From Lachnospiraceae bacterium (GTDB lineage: Bacteria; Bacillota; Clostridia; Lachnospirales; Lachnospiraceae), in the NCBI GenBank assembly GCA_045126215.1, contig JBGVOD010000051.1, positions 1,615 to 65,614 of the forward strand: a stretch of 64,000 bases of DNA. The letters are read 5' to 3'. Below the pieces are notes generated by a model. It saw only the letters and a list, made by a program, of their open reading frames with translations, was not told the DNA's origin and made no database searches. The translations under genes were made by a program, and so were the position numbers. Numbering within the stretch: position 1 is the stretch's first letter; every line of letters begins with the position of its first letter. Of this stretch, positions 1 to 8,904 are shown piece by piece.

Positions 1-524
1 TGGTTGCGCATATTATAAAAAAATATTCAGGTTGTGATAAAGATATAAATGATATGATATCTATTGGAACAATAGGACTTATAAAGGCAATAAATACCTT
101 TAATCCGAATTCTGGAAATAAGCTTGTTACTTATGCGAGCAGATGTATTGATAATGAAATACTTATGTTTTTTAGAAATGAAAAAAAGAAAAACAGAGAA
201 GTAAGCCTATATGAACCAATAGGTACTGATAAAGAAGGAAATGTAATAAGTATTGTAGATATTGTAACATTAGAAGATGAAGATATTGTTGAAAAAGACG
301 ATTTATATAATAAGATAAAGGCATTAAGGGAAGGATTAACAACTGTGCTGAATGAAAGAGAAAAAGTAATAATTCAAAAGAGATATGGAATAATAGATGG
401 TGTGGAAACAACACAGCGAGAATTGGCAAAAGATATGAATATATCCAGAAGCTACGTTAGCAGAATAGAGAAGAGAGCATTACAAAAACTTAGAAAACAT
501 ATTGAAAGTGTTGTTGACTTATAA
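1..524 (+). CDS. sigK: Sporulation-type RNA polymerase sigma factor, SigK-like (5'-truncated by window edge, frame 3)
   Basis: Translation VAHIIKKY..ISIGTIGLIKAINTF..KLVTYASRCIDNEILMFFRN..SLYEPIGTDKEGNVISIVDIV..ISRSYVSRIEKRALQKL covers sigma-70 regions 2.4-4.2 of the SigE/SigK group. The PIGxDKEGN segment resembles SigK rather than SigE. Confidence 0.7.
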   Translation, partial: VAHIIKKYSGCDKDINDMISIGTIGLIKAINTFNPNSGNKLVTYASRCIDNEILMFFRNEKKKNREVSLYEPIGTDKEGNVISIVDIVTLEDEDIVEKDDLYNKIKALREGLTTVLNEREKVIIQKRYGIIDGVETTQRELAKDMNISRSYVSRIEKRALQKLRKHIESVVDL

Positions 525-587
525 CGAATACGTGATATATAATCCATTAATGCAATAGATGGGAAAAGAAAGAATGAGGTACGGCAA

Positions 588-1517
588 ATGGACATAAGTG
601 TTATTATAAATATTATGATTGAACTGTTTATTATGATATTTATTGGCTATATTTTATTTAAAGTTAAATTATTTGATAAGAATTTTAATCAGAAAATTAC
701 AAAGCTGATTTTGCATGTTACAATGCCTGCACTTATTATCAGTTCTGTTCTCAAACAGACATCAAAACCATCTGAACAAGTAGTTTATATGACTTTTGGT
801 GTGGCAATTGCAATGTTTCTTATCTTACCAATTATTGGACTTATTGTTGCAAAACTTATAAGAGCAGATAAAAAACAACAAGGGCTATATGCATTTATGA
901 TGACATTTTCAAACATAGGATTTATGGGCTTTCCTGTAATATCTTCATTGTTTGGTTCGACTGCAGTCTTTTATACAGCAATTATAAATATAATTTTTAA
1001 TATCACTTCATTTTCTATTGGAGTTATATTGTTAAGATATGGTGGAGGAGCAAAGGCAAAATTTAATATTCAAAAACTTTTGACACCGGGTGTACTTTTT
1101 TCTGCATTAGCTATTGTGATTTATGCATTTAATATACAGTTTCCGGCAGTTGTTTCAAATACAATAGACAGAATAGGCTCTACAACTACACCATTAGCTA
1201 TGTTGCTTATGGGTTCAACTCTTGCAACAATGAATCTTATTCAGATATTTAATGAAGGAAGAGTATATTTATTCTGCATCATAAAGCAGATTATTATTCC
1301 TATTATTGTTTATCCAACTGTAAAATATTTCGTCCATGATTCATTGTTGTTTGGAGTTGTTATGGTTCTTCTAATGATGCCTGTTGCAACTAATGCTATA
1401 ATGTTCTCTATAGAGTGTGAAGGAGATGAAAAACTGGCAGCAAAATCAGTGTTTATTTCCACGGTGCTTTCGCTATTTACCATTCCTGCACTTATGTATT
1501 TCCTGAAATTAATATAA
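588..1517 (+). CDS. AEC (auxin efflux carrier) family permease
   Basis: 309-aa polytopic membrane protein with about 10 hydrophobic segments. Overall pattern is typical of AEC/malate-permease-like transporters. Confidence 0.75.
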   Translation: MDISVIINIMIELFIMIFIGYILFKVKLFDKNFNQKITKLILHVTMPALIISSVLKQTSKPSEQVVYMTFGVAIAMFLILPIIGLIVAKLIRADKKQQGLYAFMMTFSNIGFMGFPVISSLFGSTAVFYTAIINIIFNITSFSIGVILLRYGGGAKAKFNIQKLLTPGVLFSALAIVIYAFNIQFPAVVSNTIDRIGSTTTPLAMLLMGSTLATMNLIQIFNEGRVYLFCIIKQIIIPIIVYPTVKYFVHDSLLFGVVMVLLMMPVATNAIMFSIECEGDEKLAAKSVFISTVLSLFTIPALMYFLKLI

Positions 1518-1521
1518 TAGC

Positions 1522-1637
1522 GTTTTGAATTTATAAAGTTAGTACGTTCATAGGTATCTTCAAGTATTTTTAGAGGCATATGCCTCTAAAAATACTAAAA
1601 GATATCTGTGGACACATTAACCTTATAAATTTAAAAC
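1522..1637 (+). repeat. 116-bp imperfect palindrome (58-nt arms) forming a long hairpin just after the AEC transporter stop
   Basis: Position p pairs with 3159-p: 48/58 Watson-Crick pairs plus 5 G.U pairs valid only on the + strand. Perfect 17-bp core at 1563-1596. T-run lies 5' and A-run 3' of the core, the reverse of an intrinsic terminator. Confidence 0.8.
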
Positions 1638-1791
1638 ATGCTTGCAGATAGAAAAACAAATAAACAATACGTTATTATATGTTTGTGAGGTAAACACTTT
1701 ACATAAATGAATTTCTCTGCTAAACTTCTAATATCTTAATCTTAATCTAAATTTATTTCACTTTGGTTTCTTAATTGATTCCCATAAGTTT

Positions 1792-3309
1792 ATGTTTTGT
1801 AAAATTAAAAGTGCCGCAATACACGGCGTAGAAATGAAAGAAATAAATGTTGAAGTAGACATTAGTGATGGACTTCCTAGTTTTGATATGGTGGGGTTAC
1901 TTAACTCTGAAGTAAAAGAGTCAAGAGAACGTGTTCGTACTGCTGTAAAGAATATAGGAATTGCGATTCCTCCAAAAAGGATTACTGTAAGTCTTTCACC
2001 TGCAAATGTTAGAAAAATGGGAAATTTTTTTGATTTGCCAATTGCAATAGGTATCTTAAAATCATTGGGTGTGGTTGGTGAAAGGGATTTTAAAGATACT
2101 GTTATAATTGGTGAATTAAGTCTGGATGGACATGTAAATCCAATTGAGGGTGTTATTACCATAGTATATGATGGCTTATTAAAAGGGTATCGTAGATTTA
2201 TTGTTCCGAAAGAAAATGCAAAAGAAGGATGTGTTGTAGAAGGCGCCATGGTATATGGTGTGGAATCACTTAAAGATGCAATTGACCTGATAAACAATGA
2301 TTTTGACAGAGAGTGTGAAAAGATAAATATAGAAAAAATAATCGAATCATATGTAGAGGAAATAGCAGACTTTGCGGATATATCAGGGCATGAACTTGCT
2401 AAAAGAGCTGCAATCATAGCTGCATGTGGAATGCATCATATGTTGTTGGTAGGTCCGCCAGGTTCGGGCAAATCTATGCTTGCATCCAGAATAAGCGGAA
2501 TTATGCCAAAACCAAATATTGATGAGTGTATAGAGATAACAAAAATTCACTCAGTGGCAGGTAAATTAAATGGAAAACCTTTGATAATAGAGAGACCATT
2601 TAGAGCACCACATCATACGGTGACAGAACCTGCTCTTATAGGAGGAGGGGGAATTCCAAGACCTGGTGAAATATCATTGGCACATAAAGGTGTACTGTTT
2701 CTTGATGAACTTGCTGAATTTAGAAATGATACCATAGATGTTTTGAGGGAACCATTAGAAAATGGGAAAATTTCCATCAGCAGAATTAATGGTGTGTATG
2801 ATTTTCCAGCATCGTTTATGCTTGTTGCAGCCACAAATCCCTGTAAATGTGGATATTATCCTGATAGGACAAGGTGTAATTGCACAGAATATCAGGTGAA
2901 AAATTATCTTGGAAGAATAAGTGGTCCTATTTTAGACAGAATTGATATGTGTGTAAGTATGCAGGGGATTAATATTGAAGAACTCACTTCGGAAAACAAA
3001 GGAATGCCCACAGATGAAATGAAAGCTATTATTCAAAAGGGGCGAAATATGCAGATTAAGAGATATAAAAATTTTCAAACATTTAATGGAAAAATACAGT
3101 CAAAGGATATAAAGAAATTTTGCCTTATTGATAAGTCTGCAAATGAAATCTTAAATATGGCTTATAAAAAACTCCGATTGAGTGCAAGATCATATAATAA
3201 AGTATTAAAAGTTGCAAGGACAATAGCTGATATAGATGAAAGTGAAATGATTGAGAAAAGACATATCGCAGAAGCATTGGGATACAGGTTTGATAGTCTT
3301 TATAAGTAG
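1792..3309 (+). CDS. comM: YifB/ComM family Mg-chelatase-like AAA+ ATPase
   Basis: N-terminal Lon-protease-like domain, Walker A GPPGSGKS, and a C-terminal Mg-chelatase subunit ChlI-like region (LSARSYNKVLKVARTIADI). Confidence 0.9.
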   Translation: MFCKIKSAAIHGVEMKEINVEVDISDGLPSFDMVGLLNSEVKESRERVRTAVKNIGIAIPPKRITVSLSPANVRKMGNFFDLPIAIGILKSLGVVGERDFKDTVIIGELSLDGHVNPIEGVITIVYDGLLKGYRRFIVPKENAKEGCVVEGAMVYGVESLKDAIDLINNDFDRECEKINIEKIIESYVEEIADFADISGHELAKRAAIIAACGMHHMLLVGPPGSGKSMLASRISGIMPKPNIDECIEITKIHSVAGKLNGKPLIIERPFRAPHHTVTEPALIGGGGIPRPGEISLAHKGVLFLDELAEFRNDTIDVLREPLENGKISISRINGVYDFPASFMLVAATNPCKCGYYPDRTRCNCTEYQVKNYLGRISGPILDRIDMCVSMQGINIEELTSENKGMPTDEMKAIIQKGRNMQIKRYKNFQTFNGKIQSKDIKKFCLIDKSANEILNMAYKKLRLSARSYNKVLKVARTIADIDESEMIEKRHIAEALGYRFDSLYK

Positions 3310-3360
3310 ACAGTTTCAGTTTTAATAGGAAATATACATAATTAAAAGGAGGTATTATAT

Positions 3361-4473
3361 ATGACAGAATATGAATATATGCTTTGGTTGTGCCATATAG
3401 ATGATATGTGGCATATAAAAATGCAAAGATTATTAGAATGTTTTGGCAGCGCAAAAGAAATATTTGAGGCAAAAGAAGAAACAATATATAAAGCATTAAG
3501 AAAAATTTCAGATATATATGGAACAAAAATTGATATTGAACTTGAAACGGGGAAAATACAAACAGCAAAGAGAAATATAAAAAATATAAACAATATTATC
3601 CAAAATATGAATAAAAAAGATATTAGCTTCACATATTATGGTCTTGGGAATTTTCCTAAAAGACTGAAACTCATTAGTGAGCCTCCGATGGTTTTGTTTT
3701 ATAGAGGAGAATTACCAAAAGAAGGGGAGAAAGCTTTGGGTATTGTGGGTGCGAGAGCGTGTACCGAATATGGTAAGAGTATTTCAAGAAAACTGGCGGC
3801 TGAGGTTTCAAGATATGGAATAAATATAATAAGCGGGATGGCAAGAGGTATTGATTCTATGGCGCATATTGGATGCCTTGATTCTGATTGTAAAACTTAT
3901 GCCGTTTTGGGATGTGGTGTTGATATATGTTATCCCTGTGAAAATATTGAATTATATGAGAATATAAGACATAAAGGAGGAATAATATCAGAATATCCAC
4001 CAGGAGCAAGACCGCTAGCATATCGTTTTCCATTGAGAAATAGAATAATATCCGGATTATCTGATGCTGTTGTTATGATAGAGGCAAAGGAAAAAAGTGG
4101 TTCTTTTATAACGATTGATCATGCTCTTAGTCAGGGAAAAACTGTTTATGCTTTACCGGGAAGAGTAACTGACCCGTTAAGTATCGGGTGTAATAGGCTG
4201 ATATTGGAAGGTGCAATTCCGCTTATAAATTCAAAACAGATTGTGGATGAACTGATGCCGGATAGTTTTATTAAAAATAAAAAAAATAATATTTTCCTTG
4301 AAAAAGAATATGAAGTGGTGTATAGTTGTCTCGATTTGCAACCAACATCGGCAGAGAAATTGGCGAAAAGGTTGAATATATCAATCCCTGAAATATACGA
4401 GAAATTGTTATATTTAGAAATGAATGGATTGATATTAGAATCATCAAAGGGACAGTTTATAAAGAAATTTTAG
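3361..4473 (+). CDS. dprA: DNA-processing protein DprA (Smf)
   Basis: Rossmann-like DprA core GIVGARACTEYGKSISRKLA..IISGMARGIDSMAH. Conserved position next to topA. Confidence 0.9.
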   Translation: MTEYEYMLWLCHIDDMWHIKMQRLLECFGSAKEIFEAKEETIYKALRKISDIYGTKIDIELETGKIQTAKRNIKNINNIIQNMNKKDISFTYYGLGNFPKRLKLISEPPMVLFYRGELPKEGEKALGIVGARACTEYGKSISRKLAAEVSRYGINIISGMARGIDSMAHIGCLDSDCKTYAVLGCGVDICYPCENIELYENIRHKGGIISEYPPGARPLAYRFPLRNRIISGLSDAVVMIEAKEKSGSFITIDHALSQGKTVYALPGRVTDPLSIGCNRLILEGAIPLINSKQIVDELMPDSFIKNKKNNIFLEKEYEVVYSCLDLQPTSAEKLAKRLNISIPEIYEKLLYLEMNGLILESSKGQFIKKF

Positions 4474-4498
4474 TATTTTTAGAAAGAGATGAGAGTGT

Positions 4499-6565
4499 AT
4501 GGCAAAATATTTTGTTATAGTGGAATCACCTGCTAAAGTAAAAACAATTAAAAAATTCTTAGGTAAAAATTATGAAGTTGCTGCATCAAATGGACATATT
4601 AGGGATTTGCCAAAGAGTACTCTTGGCGTTGATATAGCAAACGATTATGAACCAAAATATATAACTATAAGAGGAAAAGGGGATAAACTTGCAGAGCTAA
4701 AAAAACAGGTTAAAAAGGCTGATGTTGTATATCTTGCAACTGATCCGGACCGTGAAGGAGAAGCTATATCGTGGCATCTTGCAAATGCACTAAAGCTTGA
4801 TTCGTCAAAAATGAAAAGAATCACTTTTAATGAAATAACTGAAAATGCTGTAAAGGATTCACTTAAAAATCCAAGAGAGATTAATATGAATCTTGTGGAT
4901 GCACAGCAGGCAAGAAGAGTTCTTGACAGAATGGTTGGTTATGGAATTAGTCCTCTTTTATGGACAAAGGTAAAGAGAGGATTAAGTGCAGGAAGAGTAC
5001 AGTCTGTTGCACTTAGAATGATTTGTGACAGAGAAGATGAAATAAATGCTTTTATTCCGGAGGAATACTGGACATTGGAGGCATGTCTTGATATAAAAGG
5101 TGAAAAGAAACCTTTAGTTGCAAAGTTCTACGGTGACAAATCAGGAAAAAGGACAATTACAAGTGGAGCTGAACTTGATAAAATTGTAAAAGAAATAAAA
5201 AAGGGAAAATTCAAAGTTGTTGATATAAAGAACAGCGAGAGAATTAAGAAAGCTCCAATTCCATTTACAACATCAACATTACAGCAGGAAGCATCAAAAA
5301 CCCTGAATTTTTCAACACAAAAAACTATGAGACTGGCACAGCAGCTTTATGAAGGTGTTGATATAAAAGGAAAAGGTACAATCGGTTTGATTACTTATTT
5401 ACGTACTGATTCTACACGTATTTCAGAAGAGGCAGATAAACAGGCCAGAGCGTTCGTTGAAAGTAATTATGGTAAAGAATTTGTTGGAAAAACAGATGAA
5501 TCTAAGAAAAGTACAAATAAAATACAAGATGCACATGAAGCTATCAGACCAACAAATATAGAGCTTACACCTGCAAAGATTAAAGATGAACTTTCAAGAG
5601 ATTTATTTAGATTATATCAGCTTATATGGAAGAGATTTACAGCATCACGTATGTCTGAAGCAAAATATGAGACAACATCAGTAAAAATAGAGTGTGCATC
5701 ATATTTATTTAATGTTTCAACATCTAAAATTGCATTTGATGGATTTATGTCCGTTTATGTTGATTCTGATGATGAAAAACCAGAGTCGAATACTGTACTT
5801 AATAAGATAACAAAAGACACAGAGCTTAAGCTTACTGATGTAGAAAAAAAACAACATTTTACTCAGCCACCAGCTCATTATACAGAAGCTGCTCTTGTTA
5901 AAGCGTTGGAAGAACAGGGAATTGGAAGACCAAGTACTTATGCACCAACAATAACGACAATTATTGCCAGAAGATATGTTGCAAAAGAAAATAAAAATCT
6001 TTATGTTACTGAACTTGGTGAAGCAGTGAATAATATTATGAAGACTGCATTTACAGCTATTGTTGATACAAGCTTTACTGCAAATCTTGAATCATTACTG
6101 GATATGGTTGAAGAAGGACTTGTTGCATGGAAAACAGTAATTAGAAACTTCTATCCTGACCTGGATGAGGCGATTAAAAATGCAGAGAAAGCACTGGAAA
6201 AAATAGAAATACAAGATGAAGAGACAGATGTAGAATGCGAATTATGTGGAAGAAAAATGGTAATCAAATATGGCCCACATGGTAAATTCCTTGCATGTCC
6301 TGGATTTCCAGAATGCAGAAATACATTACCTTATTTTGAAAAAATCGGGGTTGCCTGTCCTAAATGTGGCAATGACATAGTAATTAGAAAGACTAAAAAG
6401 GGTAGAAAATTCTACGGTTGTGTAAACAACAATGAATGTGATTTTATGTCATGGCAGAAACCAATTGAGAAAAAGTGTCCACAGTGTGGAAGTTATATGG
6501 TAGAAAAAGGCAATAAAATTGCATGTGCAGATGAAAACTGTGGATATGTTGGAGAAAAAGAGTAA
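4499..6565 (+). CDS. topA: DNA topoisomerase I
   Basis: TOPRIM start (VIVESPAKVKTIKKFLG), type IA core, and three C-terminal CxxC..CxxC zinc-ribbon repeats. Confidence 0.97.
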   Translation: MAKYFVIVESPAKVKTIKKFLGKNYEVAASNGHIRDLPKSTLGVDIANDYEPKYITIRGKGDKLAELKKQVKKADVVYLATDPDREGEAISWHLANALKLDSSKMKRITFNEITENAVKDSLKNPREINMNLVDAQQARRVLDRMVGYGISPLLWTKVKRGLSAGRVQSVALRMICDREDEINAFIPEEYWTLEACLDIKGEKKPLVAKFYGDKSGKRTITSGAELDKIVKEIKKGKFKVVDIKNSERIKKAPIPFTTSTLQQEASKTLNFSTQKTMRLAQQLYEGVDIKGKGTIGLITYLRTDSTRISEEADKQARAFVESNYGKEFVGKTDESKKSTNKIQDAHEAIRPTNIELTPAKIKDELSRDLFRLYQLIWKRFTASRMSEAKYETTSVKIECASYLFNVSTSKIAFDGFMSVYVDSDDEKPESNTVLNKITKDTELKLTDVEKKQHFTQPPAHYTEAALVKALEEQGIGRPSTYAPTITTIIARRYVAKENKNLYVTELGEAVNNIMKTAFTAIVDTSFTANLESLLDMVEEGLVAWKTVIRNFYPDLDEAIKNAEKALEKIEIQDEETDVECELCGRKMVIKYGPHGKFLACPGFPECRNTLPYFEKIGVACPKCGNDIVIRKTKKGRKFYGCVNNNECDFMSWQKPIEKKCPQCGSYMVEKGNKIACADENCGYVGEKE

Positions 6566-6567
6566 TT

Positions 6568-7338
6568 ATGATAAATATACAATTACTGGACAAAACAAGA
6601 AAGATTAACAAACTATTACACGATAATGATTCTTCAAAATTATCTTTTTGTGATATTTCAAATGTTTTATCGGATATTTTGGACTCACATATATACGTAA
6701 TAAGCAAAAAAGGTAAAGTTCTCGGTATATGTAGAGATAAAAAACAGGAAGAAATAGAGGACTTTTCTAGTTTGAAAATTGGAAAGATAATTGATAAAAA
6801 TTTCAATGAGCGTTTATTAAGTATATTGTCAACAAAAGAAAATGCAAATCTATTAACATTAGGATTTGATGAAGAGAATGCCAATAGATTCAGTGCTATT
6901 GTCACACCAATAAATATGGCAGGAGAGAGACTTGGAACACTATTCATTTATAAGGAAAATGCTCAATATGAAATAGAAGATATAATTCTGTCGGAGTATG
7001 GTACAACAGTGGTAGGACTTGAAATGCTCAGGTCTGTTAGTGAAGAAAATGCAGAAGAGGAAAGAAATTTTAAAAAGATAAAATCAGCCATTGGTACATT
7101 ATCTTTTTCGGAGCTTGAAGCAGTAAAACATGTCTTTGATGAACTGGAAGGACAAGAGGGGATGATTGTTGCAAGCAAGATTGCTGACAGAGCAGGAATT
7201 ACAAGATCAGTTATTGTAAATGCAATAAGAAAGTTTGTAAGCGCAGGCGTAATAGAAGCAAAATCATCGGGTATGAAAGGAACATATATAAAGGTTCTGA
7301 ATGAAAATCTTACCGATGAACTAAAAAAATATATATAA
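6568..7338 (+). CDS. codY: GTP/BCAA-sensing pleiotropic repressor CodY
   Basis: GAF-like N-terminal domain plus C-terminal wHTH ASKIADRAGITRSVIVNAIRK. Sits just upstream of flgB as in Bacillus. Confidence 0.95.
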   Translation: MINIQLLDKTRKINKLLHDNDSSKLSFCDISNVLSDILDSHIYVISKKGKVLGICRDKKQEEIEDFSSLKIGKIIDKNFNERLLSILSTKENANLLTLGFDEENANRFSAIVTPINMAGERLGTLFIYKENAQYEIEDIILSEYGTTVVGLEMLRSVSEENAEEERNFKKIKSAIGTLSFSELEAVKHVFDELEGQEGMIVASKIADRAGITRSVIVNAIRKFVSAGVIEAKSSGMKGTYIKVLNENLTDELKKYI

Positions 7339-7350
7339 GTACTTTATAAC

Positions 7351-7390
7351 CATTCAGAATATTCCGATAAATATTCTAGAATGTTTTTTT
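7351..7390 (+). terminator. Rho-independent terminator after codY
   Basis: cattcagaatatt / aatattctagaatg stem followed by a T7 run. Confidence 0.75.
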
Positions 7391-7568
7391 GTTGCACAAG
7401 ACTGGCAAGCACTATCATGCTTGCATGAAATAGTATTTGCCGGTCGTAAGAACATGGAGCGCAATAGTGCGGAATGTTTGCGTGCAAAATCGAGTAGGTG
7501 TCAGCCTACTCGATTGTATAAAAACACAACATAATGTGATTTTGGTAACAATATACTACAAAATATGC

Positions 7569-7597
7569 TTGATATTTTACTATAATAAAAGTATAAT
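7569..7597 (+). promoter_or_regulatory. Sigma-A-type promoter candidate for the flgB operon
   Basis: TTGATA (7569-7574), N17, TATAAT (7592-7597), about 50 nt upstream of the flgB ATG. Confidence 0.55.
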
Positions 7598-7647
7598 ACA
7601 TATAGTTATTTTGGGCAATTATGCGTACTTACGGAAAGGAGAACACT

Positions 7648-8040
7648 ATGATTAGTTCAAATGCCTACAACTACATTGATGTGCTTACAAAGGCTGCAGA
7701 TGCTTCATGGAAAAGAAATGAGATATTATCTAATAACATTGCGAATAATGATACACCAGGTTATAAGAGAAAAGATGTTTCCTTTGAGAGCTATCTATTA
7801 GAAGAACTTGCTAGTGGTTCAAATACCTCCCTTAGAAAAAAAGTGGATGGTGTTGATTTGTCTGTAATTAATCCGACAGTATATACTGATTTTTCAAATA
7901 TGTCGTACAGACTAGATGGAAATAACGTGGATATTGATACCGAGAACGTTGAACTTGCATCTAATCAGATAAAATATGATGCATTACTAGACAGCATTAA
8001 GTATGAATTCAATATGTTGAAGGCTGCTATGCAGAGATAG
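7648..8040 (+). CDS. flgB: Flagellar basal-body rod protein FlgB
   Basis: Rod N-terminal motif SNNIANNDTPGYKRKDVSFE. ATG 7648 follows the GGAAAGGAG RBS; the ORF-track start 7621 lacks an RBS. Confidence 0.93.
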   Translation: MISSNAYNYIDVLTKAADASWKRNEILSNNIANNDTPGYKRKDVSFESYLLEELASGSNTSLRKKVDGVDLSVINPTVYTDFSNMSYRLDGNNVDIDTENVELASNQIKYDALLDSIKYEFNMLKAAMQR

Positions 8041-8053
8041 GAGGTAGTGTAAT

Positions 8054-8494
8054 ATGGGTTTATTTACATCATTTGATATCAGTGGTTCAGGTATGTCAGC
8101 ACAGAGACTGCGTACTGATATTATTTCTCAAAATATAGCAAATGTTAATACAACAAGTACAAGTACGGGAGAACCTTACAGAAGAAAAACAGTTGTGTTT
8201 GAAGAAAAGGGAGTACAAAGCTTTGGCGAAGTGCTTGCTTCTACAGCTGGACTTGTTGGAAGCGGTGTAAAGGTTACAAGTATAGTTGAGGACCATGTGA
8301 CACCAATGAGTATGGTATATGATCCTTCTCATCCTGATGCAGATGAGAATGGATATGTTACATATCCAAATGTAAATGTTGTAACAGAAATGACAAACCT
8401 TATTGATGCTTCAAGATCATATGAAGCAAACGTAACAGCATTTAATGCATCAAAGGCAATGGCATCAAAAGGACTTGAAATAGGCCAGCAATAA
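8054..8494 (+). CDS. flgC: Flagellar basal-body rod protein FlgC
   Basis: SGMSAQRLRTDIISQNIANVNTT and C-terminal SRSYEANVTAF motifs. Confidence 0.95.
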   Translation: MGLFTSFDISGSGMSAQRLRTDIISQNIANVNTTSTSTGEPYRRKTVVFEEKGVQSFGEVLASTAGLVGSGVKVTSIVEDHVTPMSMVYDPSHPDADENGYVTYPNVNVVTEMTNLIDASRSYEANVTAFNASKAMASKGLEIGQQ

Positions 8495-8550
8495 TATAAA
8501 AGGATTTTAATTTCGTAGAAAACATGTATTAAAGTACTTGGGAGGAGATT

Positions 8551-8892
8551 ATGGCAGACGTTTCAGGATTAACAGGCGTTGGGGCAGATTTATATAAATC
8601 AGCTATATCAAAGATATATAGTCAGAGCAACAATGCTACTAAAGCTACATCGGAGAGTGATAACGATTCATTCACGCAAATTTTCTCATCAGCGTTGAAT
8701 CTTATTAATGAGACTGACTCATTGGCTGCAAAAGCAGAAAAGGCAGAAATTGATTTTTCCTTGGGAAATGCAGATAATACACATGATGTAACAATCGCAC
8801 AGCAAAAAGCATATCTTTCATTACAATATACGGTTGCCGTGAAAAATGCATTACTTGAGGCATATAAAGAAATTATGAACATACAAATCTAG
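8551..8892 (+). CDS. fliE: Flagellar hook-basal body complex protein FliE
   Basis: Size, operon position, and C-terminal QQKAYLSLQYTVAVKNALLEAYKEIMNIQI. Confidence 0.9.
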   Translation: MADVSGLTGVGADLYKSAISKIYSQSNNATKATSESDNDSFTQIFSSALNLINETDSLAAKAEKAEIDFSLGNADNTHDVTIAQQKAYLSLQYTVAVKNALLEAYKEIMNIQI

Positions 8893-8904
8893 GGGTAACC
8901 GGAA

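Noticed and set aside
1758-2417. 219-aa minus-strand ORF antisense to comM. Similar antisense ORFs occur at 6444-6947, 24333-24803, 27336-27824, 34799-35212 and 35968-36309.
   Set aside because: Each lies fully inside a + strand gene with strong family signatures. They have no RBS and Ser/Ile/Leu-rich antisense composition, and every supported gene in the window is on the + strand.
7346-7370. Sigma-D-like -10 element TCCGATAA inside the codY terminator
   Set aside because: The best -35-like tetramer (ATAA/TAAC) is 12-14 nt away instead of about 15 and is off-consensus. The motif is also part of the terminator stem, so it is probably fortuitous.
7339-7647. c-di-GMP riboswitch or invertible flagellar switch upstream of flgB, as in C. 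difficile
   Set aside because: By eye I could not find the GEMM-I hallmarks (GNRA tetraloop and receptor, GGCAAACC / ACGCAAAGC context) or GEMM-II features on either strand. I also found no pair of about 20-bp inverted repeats flanking a promoter-sized segment. A covariance-model scan is still needed.
7437-7655. 72-aa + strand ORF in the codY-flgB spacer running into flgB
   Set aside because: It has a TTG start with no RBS, crosses the predicted flgB promoter, and overlaps the flgB start out of frame. Its composition is typical of non-coding AT-rich sequence.
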